From: Paenibacillus sp. 1P03SA
GTDB lineage: Bacteria > Bacillota > Bacilli > Paenibacillales > NBRC-103111
NCBI RefSeq assembly: GCF_047238265.1
Contig: NZ_JBDFMM010000001.1
Location: 4,931,245 to 4,971,244, forward strand
Reading direction: 5' to 3'
DNA length: 40,000 nt
The translations under genes were made by a program, and so were the position numbers. Below, in pieces: positions 1 through 9,692 of the stretch. The notes under the pieces were generated by a model. That model saw nothing but the letters and a program-made list of their open reading frames with translations. It did not search any database and had not been told where the DNA came from. Each line of letters begins with the position of its first letter. Position 1 is the first letter of the stretch.

Positions 1-1028
1 CGAAGAGTTACCGATGAGAACATCTTAAGTTGTACCGGACTACCGAATAGAATTTGTAATGTTTCCAAACAATCTTCGGTCACAGTTGCAGAAAGTAGTA
101 ACGTACGGAATGGAGTAACTGAATGACGCAACATCATTTTACGCCATCCTGCAAGTTCTTGAAATGCAGGACGAAACCCCTCACCCCAGCCAGAAACAAT
201 ATGCGCTTCATCAATGACTAACATCTTGAAATAACCACGCTCAGCAGCAATCTGCAACGAATAATCTAAAGATTCAAGAACACTTTCTGGAGAGGCAAAT
301 ACGATACGCTGCGTTCCATTCATTATCGATTCTTGAATTTCTTTATTTTCTCTTTGACGTGAACTACTGGAAAAATATGCAGATGGCCGATTAATCAGTG
401 GCATTAATGCACGTTCCTGATCCAAAGCTAGTGCAACGGTTGGAACTACGACGACCGTAACGCCTTCTTGTCTTGAGAACAGGAGCGCTGGCAATTGTCC
501 ACACAAACTTTTTCCAGTTCCAGTAGGAAGGTTTAATAATATTGTTGCATCTTGAGGTGAAGTAAGCACAGTGCGCACTGCAGCACGCTGTGCATTACAT
601 CTGTAATTCAGTCTATTTACTTCCTTTAAAAATGGATCTCCTTCTACTTCCTTCATTTGATTACGTGGTTTCAATGCAAAAAGTGGTCTTTCAGGACCTT
701 CTTTATCGGCCTGTGGGAGCCAATTAGGCAACCAAGTCTCAGCACACAATAAATACGAATCCCGAACTTCATCCAATATAACTATTCCAACTAATTTATA
801 CATTAATTCATTTGGCCAATTGGCTCTGCGAGGGACACGCAGAAATATGCGCTCCCCTCCACTTCTTTCAGATTCATAACGTAAAACGCCCCGAATCAGT
901 GCTGCTAAATCCATCCCAATGGCACCACTCTGAATTGCTTCAACAAATCTACTAATAAAAGGATTGCTTGGTTTAAAGATTAAGTTTTCATTTAGAATCC
1001 ATTCCTGCAATTCATCAAATTCATTCAA
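1..1028 (-). CDS. RecQ-like DEAD/DEAH-box helicase, N-terminal ~342 aa only (continues beyond the window start); DpdF-like by position
   Basis: This ORF is not in the track, so I translated the minus strand by hand. A TTG start at 1028 overlaps the TGA of the upstream SNF2 gene (TTTTGA) and is preceded by GAGGAGGG. Motifs are NLPTGTGKS (Walker A), MLVIDEAHIVSGWGEGFRPAF (DEAH plus RecQ-type motif) and LLLSATV (motif III). Confidence 0.75.
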   Translation of the reverse strand, partial: MNEFDELQEWILNENLIFKPSNPFISRFVEAIQSGAIGMDLAALIRGVLRYESERSGGERIFLRVPRRANWPNELMYKLVGIVILDEVRDSYLLCAETWLPNWLPQADKEGPERPLFALKPRNQMKEVEGDPFLKEVNRLNYRCNAQRAAVRTVLTSPQDATILLNLPTGTGKSLCGQLPALLFSRQEGVTVVVVPTVALALDQERALMPLINRPSAYFSSSSRQRENKEIQESIMNGTQRIVFASPESVLESLDYSLQIAAERGYFKMLVIDEAHIVSGWGEGFRPAFQELAGWRKMMLRHSVTPFRTLLLSATVTEDCLETLQILFGSPVQLKMFSSVTL

Positions 1029-4000
1029 AATGTGGTCCCTCCTCTTCGCACTGACTTCAACAAGTCCCTTCCTGATAAAATTATAAATCCTGCCGAATCC
1101 AACTGAACTTTGGGTTGCTTTATACCCTGGACTATAGCCTCATACTGCTCCTCGTCAAATACATCATATGTTACCGAATCACCTTCGAAAAGTTTTCTCA
1201 TCTCCACTTGAACTTTTAAATAATTGAAATGGTTGATTGCAACTTCTGCTTTTGTTCTGCATTTTTCAATAAACTTAGGATCCTCATTTAAATATTGGCG
1301 TGACTGGGATGAAATCAAATCACATACTTTTTGCCATTGCTTTGTTGTAAAAATGTCACGTATTACTTTTAATCTATCTTTTATTATACTCGTATCCGTT
1401 CCACCGTCTTCCACATCACAATAGGGCCTAGCCAGCAAGTATTCAAGTTCGTCATCTACTCTATTGCCTTGATAATCAAGTATAACTTCGACATAAGTAG
1501 GCTCGAAGAACTTATCCAATAGTCGTTGATATACTTTTGAATCCACTTGGAGACCCCTTACCTCTAATAGATTTAATAACGGTTTAAGATCCCCCTCTAC
1601 AATGTAAAGGAGGCGAAATCCTAACCAATCTGTATCTTGTGTCCAAGACTTTACTTTTCTCCAAAATGCATAAGTTTGACCTCGATCATCCTTACGTAAA
1701 TATTCACTAAGAATATCAAAGAATGGATCACCAAGACGAAACAATTTGTAGTTGTTGTTTTTAATCACAATTTCGCGATCAAAGCAACCTGGTCTTTCCA
1801 TCTGCTCGTTAAGAGCAACCAAGTGTTGCGTAGGTAAAAGCGTGCCAAAAGCGGGCTTGTAAATAATTCGGCCTTCTTTTTCAATTTTTTTAAATCTCAT
1901 AGCTTCACATACCCAAGGCTCAAGTGATTGCTGTATTCTCTCTGGATTGCTTTCGTGAAGAACTAACTGATCAAAGAAACCATTTGCCTGTTGCTCATGA
2001 GCATCGATTTCATCAATAATCTGTTGTTCAGCAATCCGCACTTTCTCATCATGAATTTTAACCCTCATTCCCTCTATGCTTTTTTCTAACCCTGGTAACC
2101 CATCAATATAAAGATCGCGTAAAACGTCGGGTAGGATAGCATCAATGAAAAATTGCAAAGATGATATTGAATCGTTATAAATATTTAGGCCTTCTTTCAA
2201 AAATTGATGCCATCCCCACTGATAATTGACCTCTGCATCTGGGCCAGTTAGAACTGATATTCGAAATGGCTTATTACGACCTATACGATCAAGTCGTCCA
2301 ATTCGCTGTTCCAGTTGATTTGGAGCAAACGGCAGGTCATAATGAATCATTTCATCTGCAAACTGAAAATTACGACCTATTTCACCAGTTTTATCACATA
2401 CGAGTATCTGACACTCGCTATTATCACGAAAATTAGTTGTAACTAACTCAATTTGCTCTCTATTCAATCCCATATAATATCCGCCTACTGCCTCATCACC
2501 AAACGTTTCTTTCAGAAACTGAGTAACCTGCTTACAGACACGAGTATGTTGAGTGAATACTATAATTTTTTGAGGGGACTTTTTTTTGTGTTGTGCCCGT
2601 GTTTGAGTATGTTGAATCATTGTCGCTAGTAATTGATTTTTATCCCCCATTTCACTAGGGTAAGCAAATACTCTCAATAGGCGATCCAACATTTCTGATT
2701 CTCCCTCAAAATGCGGAGTCTCAACAATATACTGCAAATTAATTTTACTGAAGATTTCAGACATATCTTCTATCAGTTTTTGTTCTTTACGAATTTTAAC
2801 TAGATCACGAAGCAAATTTTCATCGGTGCATACTGCTTCAAGAAAAGACCTCCAAATACTAAGCCGAGGGGAAGTGACTGCACTTTCATCCTCCCATACC
2901 TCCCTCTCTGCTGCCCACGATTCTATACGATAATCATCCAAAATAAGATGAAGTTCTTCCGTTCTCTCATCCAGATCCCACTCTTCCATAACCGGTAGCT
3001 CTCCCCTGTGATGTTGAAACAAGGATGTAGCATTATCCCTTCGATTACGAAGCATCCGACGATGTAAGCGATAGGTTTCTGATATATGTATACGTATGCG
3101 GCGAATCAATTCCTTCCGTTTTTCTTCATACTTAGAATCTAAAGTCATTTCCAATTCGTCTAATAATGACATTAATAATTTATCTTCACTAAAGAGAATT
3201 CGGAAATTTCCAATTCGTCTCTGAATTAAGAACGGTTTCGTCTCCTCTCGAAATGACAATAGACCTTTACCTACTTCTTGTCTCTTATTTAACTTGTATC
3301 TAAAGGCATCAATGTCCTCTAAACGGTGTTGCTCAGGCGCTAAAATATGCAGCATAGACAAGAACTCCCATTCATTGTTTAACACTGGAGTAGCAGATAA
3401 CAAAAGCAATGTTTTAGCACTATGACACATATTTTTCAAAATGTCATAGTTTCTTTGTTCAACAGGATCCTTAGAGAAAGCCATTCTTGCTAATTCATGT
3501 GCCTCGTCTACAATAATGATGTCTGGTATGTTGTTGTAATTATTATCAATAGATTCTAACCCAGCAAAATGAATTCGCTCAGGAAATTGATCTATTAGAC
3601 AACGCTGTGTTAATTCGTCTTCCCACTGAGTTAACAAATAGTTAGGAGCCAAAATGATTGCCTGATGATTTGGATAATCCAATAGCTTCTGACGAAGGAT
3701 AACTCCTGCTTCGATAGTTTTCCCCATTCCGACCTCATCGGCAAGTAAGTATCGAGGTATAGGATCCTCTAAAACTCGGCGAATTACCTCAACTTGATGA
3801 GGCAGTATCTCAATGCCCGAAGAAATCAATCCCGTCATTCCGCTAGCAACTGCTCGCTGTTCTATTAACATCTGTAAAAATGAATTGCGCCTCTGATAAA
3901 AAAAAGACGTCTCCTGCCCTAGAATTGACAAAACTTCCATAGGATTAGTAGTAGAATCAGCACATCGGACAAATAGATCTTCTTGAGGAATATAACGAGA

Positions 4001-4285
4001 ATATGTATCAGGAAAATCGACTTCGTACTCATCATTAAGTTTGCGAAGAGCCCTCCCCATCTTCCACTCTTCTTTTTCCACATCATAGTAGTAACATCTC
4101 GTCTGGTGCTCCAATACTACCGATTGAATATCAAGCACAGAAAACCAGTCACTCGTTTGTTTATTAATTGAGTGAAAATAAGTTACCTCGGCTGTTTTCT
4201 TGTCTGCTGAAATGGCAGATAAACTTCCAATTCCCATTGAATTAGAAGTCACTTTAACAAATGAACCTACATAGATTCTAGACAT
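1025..4285 (-). CDS. SNF2-family helicase/translocase (1086 aa); DpdE-like by architecture and position
   Basis: Track ORF. Motifs are LLADEVGMGKTIEAG (motif I), IIIVDEAHE (DEAH) and LLLSATP (III). The C-terminal helicase lobe has KIIVFTQHT and LEQRIGRLDRIGR (VI). GGAGG lies 7 nt upstream of the ATG at 4285. Confidence 0.85.
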   Translation of the reverse strand: MSRIYVGSFVKVTSNSMGIGSLSAISADKKTAEVTYFHSINKQTSDWFSVLDIQSVVLEHQTRCYYYDVEKEEWKMGRALRKLNDEYEVDFPDTYSRYIPQEDLFVRCADSTTNPMEVLSILGQETSFFYQRRNSFLQMLIEQRAVASGMTGLISSGIEILPHQVEVIRRVLEDPIPRYLLADEVGMGKTIEAGVILRQKLLDYPNHQAIILAPNYLLTQWEDELTQRCLIDQFPERIHFAGLESIDNNYNNIPDIIIVDEAHELARMAFSKDPVEQRNYDILKNMCHSAKTLLLLSATPVLNNEWEFLSMLHILAPEQHRLEDIDAFRYKLNKRQEVGKGLLSFREETKPFLIQRRIGNFRILFSEDKLLMSLLDELEMTLDSKYEEKRKELIRRIRIHISETYRLHRRMLRNRRDNATSLFQHHRGELPVMEEWDLDERTEELHLILDDYRIESWAAEREVWEDESAVTSPRLSIWRSFLEAVCTDENLLRDLVKIRKEQKLIEDMSEIFSKINLQYIVETPHFEGESEMLDRLLRVFAYPSEMGDKNQLLATMIQHTQTRAQHKKKSPQKIIVFTQHTRVCKQVTQFLKETFGDEAVGGYYMGLNREQIELVTTNFRDNSECQILVCDKTGEIGRNFQFADEMIHYDLPFAPNQLEQRIGRLDRIGRNKPFRISVLTGPDAEVNYQWGWHQFLKEGLNIYNDSISSLQFFIDAILPDVLRDLYIDGLPGLEKSIEGMRVKIHDEKVRIAEQQIIDEIDAHEQQANGFFDQLVLHESNPERIQQSLEPWVCEAMRFKKIEKEGRIIYKPAFGTLLPTQHLVALNEQMERPGCFDREIVIKNNNYKLFRLGDPFFDILSEYLRKDDRGQTYAFWRKVKSWTQDTDWLGFRLLYIVEGDLKPLLNLLEVRGLQVDSKVYQRLLDKFFEPTYVEVILDYQGNRVDDELEYLLARPYCDVEDGGTDTSIIKDRLKVIRDIFTTKQWQKVCDLISSQSRQYLNEDPKFIEKCRTKAEVAINHFNYLKVQVEMRKLFEGDSVTYDVFDEEQYEAIVQGIKQPKVQLDSAGFIILSGRDLLKSVRRGGTTF

Positions 4286-4330
4286 TGAATTTCCTCCAAG
4301 TAGAAATTAACTCTAGTAAGAAACGACGAT

Positions 4331-4367
4331 CTGATTAAAAAAATAAGACCCTACAAAAGTAGGGTCT
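4331..4367 (-). terminator. Rho-independent terminator located between a promoter-like element and the SNF2 gene
   Basis: On the minus strand the sequence is AGACCCTAC-TTTT-GTAGGGTCT (9-bp stem, 4346-4354/4359-4367) followed by TATTTTTTTAAT. Confidence 0.6.
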
Positions 4368-4429
4368 CTCTAAGTCCAAATTATAGTTTAATATATTTCA
4401 AGTGCCACTACGCCCTTATTATTAGTATA

Positions 4430-4457
4430 ATCATACCAAATACCAGGTGATTGTCAA
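4430..4457 (-). promoter_or_regulatory. Sigma-A-type promoter (extended -10) upstream of the leader and SNF2 gene
   Basis: On the minus strand, TTGACA (4457-4452) is followed by a 16-nt spacer ending in TG, then TATGAT (4435-4430). Confidence 0.5.
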
Positions 4458-4537
4458 TCTCTGTATTGTAAAAAAACGGATGAAGATTCTTTCGAATTAC
4501 TTTCATAGAAGATCACGTCTGTTCCAAACAAATCACT

Positions 4538-5284
4538 TCAAACCCCGCGTTTGTTACCCCACAACAAAGTGTGTAACTGCGGGAGAACTTTAACTTGTCT
4601 CAAATCCGAGGAAGCCATGACTTGATTAATCAACCATTCATACTTCTCTAATAAAGAAAGCACTAATCCTTCTCTATCTACTGTCGTTACATCGCTATTA
4701 CCCACCTGCAAAACTAGCCTCATGTGAGGATACCGTTTATGAACTTGTACAGCATACTGAAGATCATCTTCATCAAAAATGACTACTTTAATACATATTT
4801 CATTAGAACTATTGTTCAAGTTCTCGATAACCTCGTCTAATTTAACCCAATCGGTTATCATTCCTGAACTTGGTGCTTTCGGGGAAATCGTCAAATCATC
4901 AATATCTGCCATCCACTCTTGCCATCTGCTTCCTTGTGTCTCTAATCCAACTCGAATCCCTTGGTCATGAAGGAGATCCACTAAGTATCCAATATTCTTT
5001 AAAAGTGCTGGATTACCACCAGAGATTGTTACATGCTCAAAAGTGGTTCCACCAAGAGTCTTCAATTCATCCCAAACCATTTGGGCAGATAATTGTTTAA
5101 TTTCATTCTTTGCAGAACCATCCCATGTAAAGGAAGAATCACACCATGAACAGGAATAGTCACAGCCGGCTGTTCGAACAAACATTGTTTTTTGTCCAAT
5201 CACCAGACCTTCTCCCTGAACGGTTGGACCGAATATTTCCAGCACCGGGATGGGCTTTTCCTTATAAGTCAATCTGCCATCCAC
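4538..5284 (-). CDS. queE: 7-carboxy-7-deazaguanine synthase QueE (radical SAM)
   Basis: The CDYSCSWCD (CxxxCxxC) cluster motif sits after GPTVQGEGLVIGQKTMFVRTAG. Length of 248 aa is typical of Bacillus-type QueE. The GTG start overlaps the end of queD. Confidence 0.9.
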   Translation of the reverse strand: MDGRLTYKEKPIPVLEIFGPTVQGEGLVIGQKTMFVRTAGCDYSCSWCDSSFTWDGSAKNEIKQLSAQMVWDELKTLGGTTFEHVTISGGNPALLKNIGYLVDLLHDQGIRVGLETQGSRWQEWMADIDDLTISPKAPSSGMITDWVKLDEVIENLNNSSNEICIKVVIFDEDDLQYAVQVHKRYPHMRLVLQVGNSDVTTVDREGLVLSLLEKYEWLINQVMASSDLRQVKVLPQLHTLLWGNKRGV

Positions 5285-5760
5285 TCCCGTCTTGCTTCGG
5301 CACAGCTGGTTGGTGTTTCAAATAACCGAACAAATTCAGTTCTTGCATCCACGTCTTTTGATGAGTATTTATCAGTAGTTAGCGCTGCTTCCATCTGCTC
5401 ATAAAGCCAAACAACCAAGTTTTCAGCAGTCGTATTCATTAACGGCAACGTCTCATTTAAATATCTGTGGTCTAAGTATGGCTCTATTTGCTCACGCCAA
5501 ATTGTTTTTATCATTCCAAAATCTATCGTCATGCCAATTTCATTTGTATATCCACTTACTCCAAAAACAACTTTATAGGTGTGACCATGTAGATTTTTAC
5601 ATTTGCCCTCATATGCATGTAAGTGATGCGCCGCGTCAAAAGTAAATTCTTTACTGACTAATACTCTGCGCTGATGATATTTCAACTGTTCTTGAGTAAT
5701 ATCCTCTTTAAACTTTTGCAATGCATCTACAATAACGAATTGCCCTGGTATTTTGTTCAT
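5269..5760 (-). CDS. queD: 6-carboxy-5,6,7,8-tetrahydropterin synthase QueD
   Basis: Motifs FTFDAAHHL and CKNLHGHTYKV are the PTPS/QueD zinc-site histidines. I place the start at the internal ATG 5760 (MNKIPGQF), which has GGAG 9 nt upstream. The longer track ORF would overlap queC by 76 nt. Confidence 0.88.
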   Translation of the reverse strand: MNKIPGQFVIVDALQKFKEDITQEQLKYHQRRVLVSKEFTFDAAHHLHAYEGKCKNLHGHTYKVVFGVSGYTNEIGMTIDFGMIKTIWREQIEPYLDHRYLNETLPLMNTTAENLVVWLYEQMEAALTTDKYSSKDVDARTEFVRLFETPTSCAEARREWMAD

Positions 5761-5765
5761 AACAA

Positions 5766-6428
5766 CTACTCCGAATTTTTTCCCTGTAAAAATTTTTCCA
5801 AACCAGCTTTTCTCAACTGGCAAGCAGGACAAGTGCCACATCCATCACCGATAATACCGTTGTAGCAAGTCAAAGTCTTTTGGCGTACAAATTCAAACGC
5901 TCCTAATTGATCTGCCATTTCCCACGTCTCTGCTTTATTAATCCACATCAACGGAGTATGAATTATAAAATTATGATCCATCGCTAAATTTAACGTCACA
6001 TTTAGGGATTTGATGAAATCATCCCGGCAGTCAGGGTATCCACTAAAATCTGTCTCGCAGACGCCCGTTACAATATGTCTAGCATCTACTCCTTTAGCAA
6101 ATACCGCGGCGAAACTTAAAAACAAATGATTACGTCCTTCCACAAATGTGCTCGGAAGTTCACCATCATTATGAACAATTTCGAGGTCATTACGTGTCAG
6201 AGAATTCTGAGTTAGTTGACCGAGCAAGCTCATATCAAGTAACGTCCACTTTACTCCAAGTTCATCAGCGATTTGTTTAGCACATTCAATTTCTAAAGCA
6301 TGCCTTTGTCCATAATTAAAGGTGATTGCTTCAACTTCGTCAAAGTGCTTCATTGCCCAAAACAAAGAAGTTGTACTATCTTGACCGCCACTAAAAACTA
6401 CAACGGCTTTTCTGTTTTTTTGTTCCAT
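5766..6428 (-). CDS. queC: 7-cyano-7-deazaguanine (preQ0) synthase QueC
   Basis: [14 protein letters not shown] is the PP-loop ATP pyrophosphatase motif, and the C-terminal [10 protein letters not shown] is the zinc motif. I prefer the ATG at 6428 (MEQKNRK) by analogy with Bacillus QueC. The GTG at 6440 is the alternative. Confidence 0.9.
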   Translation of the reverse strand: MEQKNRKAVVVFSGGQDSTTSLFWAMKHFDEVEAITFNYGQRHALEIECAKQIADELGVKWTLLDMSLLGQLTQNSLTRNDLEIVHNDGELPSTFVEGRNHLFLSFAAVFAKGVDARHIVTGVCETDFSGYPDCRDDFIKSLNVTLNLAMDHNFIIHTPLMWINKAETWEMADQLGAFEFVRQKTLTCYNGIIGDGCGTCPACQLRKAGLEKFLQGKNSE

Positions 6429-6494
6429 AATCTTACCCACTTTCTCACCATTCTCCCTTAATGATAACAGATGTACTATTTTATCGAAAGTTGC

Positions 6495-9400
6495 CTATTT
6501 ATCGTTGCTCACAACTAATCTTATCTCTACAACTTCAAACAGATTAGGAAACTTCTCTTTAATCTCTTCTAACAGACGCTTACCTTGAACTGGTGGAAGG
6601 GTACTATAACCATTCTCAATGAGTAATCTAATATGTCTTTTTATAGAAGGCCTGATTTGAGAATTGTGATTTATTCTTTCGAGCAGGTGATAGATATTAC
6701 CAACGTCTTCATATTCAAGATCATTCCGAATGACTTCAAGAAGGTTTATCTGGATTTGCTCATGTTGAAGTTTTCTTTCGACCAGTTCTTTTAATTCATA
6801 AAAGTCCATCGACTGCCACTCATCAATTACGGAATTGAGTTCAGATTCAATCTGTGAACCCTCCATTAAGAGTTCAACACATGCAATCATTTTTAATCGA
6901 AGTTCCTTAATTGGCTTTAGAATTTTTAATTGGACTTGAAGATTTAACAAATACTTAACTATAGTGCGCGGAGTTAAAGCAAGACAGTTTTTTAGATTTG
7001 ATACCTTTTGCATATTAGCTAGAATTATCCTTTTTTTCTTCTCTAATTCAGACAAAGAGAACTTACCATCATCAACGATTTCTACTCCGACTTCTTCATA
7101 ATTCGCATGCATACCACACTCAATAAGGAAGTCAACTACTTCCATTAAATCCTGGTCAAATTGCTTTAATAACTGATCAACTTCATTGTTTAAAGCAAAG
7201 AACCTATTAAATTGGATGACTAGCTCTGGTTGTTCTAATTGTTGTTCAAGCAGCGTATAGTTCACAAGGTCTTGTTGTCGAAGAAATTTCTTTTCGTTAA
7301 AAGTACAGATTTGGTCTGCAAGTTTAATCCATTCTGCTCTACTAGAACCCATTAGAAATGGTATCATCATTAGTCTTTTTTCAATTGATTGCCTAAAGCT
7401 TTGATGAAGCAGTTCAAGATAACCACTATAGCTTTCTTTTAAATTTGATAGGAATTCCTTCAAGGTTAGATTGCCTATTATATAGCTTTCTAACGTTTTA
7501 GAAGGTACAAGATTTAATAACCATAGATCAAATTCTTCATTCGCTAATACATCATCATCTGGTGTCTCATAAAAATTTTCACGTAACAAATACCAATCTG
7601 AATAACATTCATCAAGCAACGACATTAAGTCTTTGTTGAAGGGAGATTTTCCTTTCGCATCGTAAGTCCATGAAGATTCACTATATATTCTGGCTTGTTG
7701 CGCCCAATTCCTCATTCCATACACAAATACAGGTAACTTCAACCCAAGAGCCTGCTCGAGAGATTCAAACCATAATTTATGAATATTTTCTGCCTGATAT
7801 ATCCACTTTGAAGTTTCATATTCATTTGAGATTTTTTGAAATATATTTAATTTTTCTGAATACTTCATCGTTTGAAAGTTGGATATTTGAATACCAATGT
7901 AATCACGATTTACATTTATAGAGAACTCATCATTTTTGTCTAGTTTAATAGGATATCGCGTTCGATGTACAACTTCATTCCATTGAATAACTGAGGAGGT
8001 TCGAGATGTGAATGCGCGGTTCATATGTACCCCCTTTATAACATCATGTACCAGAGCAGCCACCCCAGATCTAACAGGTAATAATAGTTCATCGTTTACT
8101 TCTTTTCCTTCTATCCAATCTCTGACTACCTCTTTTTCATTGAAGACAGTATTATCATTTTTATACTCTATATGAAGCGGTTGTTCTTCCCTTGTATTAC
8201 CTGCTGCTATCTTGTTTAACTTAATAGATATTTGAGTTTCGCTATAACCAAAGTGCTTTAACAAAGGTTCAGAAATTATCATTTGACTTGCATCTTCAGA
8301 CGCATACCATTCAGATAGTGTTTTAATAAACATATCTTCATGCTCCGCAAACATTTCCCTGCGTATAAGTGGAAGGACTCTACTAACATGCTTTTTACCT
8401 TTTAGAAAGAAGCGTAAGATTTCCTTGCTATTCAGTATCATGTAACGTAATTTACCTTTTCCTATAGGGATAGCATCGTATGTGCGTCTTAGCATATGAC
8501 TATTAAATGGGAGCACCTGAACTCCAAGATAATTAAAATTAGAATCTTTATTGCTTTCCTCTGGCAGAATACCAGAACATTGTTTGAAGTGCGGACATTT
8601 GAGAGAGCAGTTAAATCCCTGTGTCGCTTTCAGTTGGGTAAGATAATTTGCTATATAGGGTACTACTTGCTTACGATCAAGATTGAAAAAGTCTTTCCCC
8701 GACTCATCCGATAGCCATAGCTTTTTTACACGATCATTAATAGTATCAAGATTCTGTATTCTTTGTGTGAGACTAAACCCCTTCTCTGTATCCTGAACTG
8801 CACCAGGTGTCAAACCAATGACCACATCCCAGTTTCCTTCTTCTAATGTGATAAGTTGATCAAGGATACTGGTTGCGTAAATATTTACTGATTGAACTAG
8901 ATCATCAATCAACAACAAAGGACGGATTCCTCTGCTTTTTATCTGCAAAGACATTTGTTTAAAAAGGGTTCCGATATCTTGTCCCTCAAAAAGAAAATGG
9001 TCCAACTGCCGCGAGAGATTTTGTCGAAATGCTGCGTATTCTAATGGAATATGAAGGGTTGTATTGGCGAGCAAAGTTTCAAACTGTTCCCGATGCAGCA
9101 CCTCTAATGGATTTTTAATTTTTCCTCGTTTAACTTGTGATGTAAAATCAATAATATTTTGCTCAATCACCGGCCTTAACAATAGTGCTGTTGGAACGAT
9201 CTCCTCATCGGACTCCATAGCTTCCGCTAATGTTGTCCAAACCATTTGGTTAACAAGCGTTATAGGCTTTTTAAGCAAAATCCCCCACCTGTCTTCATCA
9301 ATACAAACATCTAGGGATAAATTCAGTGTGTCTAAACATTTTTTGATTAGGGTCTGAGGATTTAGTTCTGTTCGTGAGATTCGTATCACGGGTCTATCTG

Positions 9401-9692
9401 ATACCTCCACTAGCCACTTATCTTTTAACCAACGAAGCAATTCGGATTTACCCGATCCTGTCGAACCGAATACTAAATAAACTCTGTTGCCGCTAGCATC
9501 AGTTTCTTGAAGTTCTTCCAACAGTTCATCTTCCGTAACCTCAGCGACTAACTGACTACCATTATACCTATGCATTACTTGCGGAAAATGTGTTTTTCTG
9601 AAGTATTCAGGTGATAGATCATATCGCTCATCTGCAGTACCAGCTAAAAGTTTAAGCGAATTTTTGTTGAGACAAGGAAGCATTAGTATCAC
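6495..9692 (-). CDS. Large P-loop NTPase of unknown family (1065 aa)
   Basis: Track ORF. Walker A is LVFGSTGSGKSE (aa 73-84) and the Walker-B-like motif is RPLLLIDDLVQ (~aa 257-267). The remaining ~750 aa look helical with no motif I recognise. The start is uncertain (GTG 9692 or ATG 9683), and either choice overlaps the upstream 258-aa ORF. Confidence 0.7.
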   Translation of the reverse strand: MILMLPCLNKNSLKLLAGTADERYDLSPEYFRKTHFPQVMHRYNGSQLVAEVTEDELLEELQETDASGNRVYLVFGSTGSGKSELLRWLKDKWLVEVSDRPVIRISRTELNPQTLIKKCLDTLNLSLDVCIDEDRWGILLKKPITLVNQMVWTTLAEAMESDEEIVPTALLLRPVIEQNIIDFTSQVKRGKIKNPLEVLHREQFETLLANTTLHIPLEYAAFRQNLSRQLDHFLFEGQDIGTLFKQMSLQIKSRGIRPLLLIDDLVQSVNIYATSILDQLITLEEGNWDVVIGLTPGAVQDTEKGFSLTQRIQNLDTINDRVKKLWLSDESGKDFFNLDRKQVVPYIANYLTQLKATQGFNCSLKCPHFKQCSGILPEESNKDSNFNYLGVQVLPFNSHMLRRTYDAIPIGKGKLRYMILNSKEILRFFLKGKKHVSRVLPLIRREMFAEHEDMFIKTLSEWYASEDASQMIISEPLLKHFGYSETQISIKLNKIAAGNTREEQPLHIEYKNDNTVFNEKEVVRDWIEGKEVNDELLLPVRSGVAALVHDVIKGVHMNRAFTSRTSSVIQWNEVVHRTRYPIKLDKNDEFSINVNRDYIGIQISNFQTMKYSEKLNIFQKISNEYETSKWIYQAENIHKLWFESLEQALGLKLPVFVYGMRNWAQQARIYSESSWTYDAKGKSPFNKDLMSLLDECYSDWYLLRENFYETPDDDVLANEEFDLWLLNLVPSKTLESYIIGNLTLKEFLSNLKESYSGYLELLHQSFRQSIEKRLMMIPFLMGSSRAEWIKLADQICTFNEKKFLRQQDLVNYTLLEQQLEQPELVIQFNRFFALNNEVDQLLKQFDQDLMEVVDFLIECGMHANYEEVGVEIVDDGKFSLSELEKKKRIILANMQKVSNLKNCLALTPRTIVKYLLNLQVQLKILKPIKELRLKMIACVELLMEGSQIESELNSVIDEWQSMDFYELKELVERKLQHEQIQINLLEVIRNDLEYEDVGNIYHLLERINHNSQIRPSIKRHIRLLIENGYSTLPPVQGKRLLEEIKEKFPNLFEVVEIRLVVSNDK

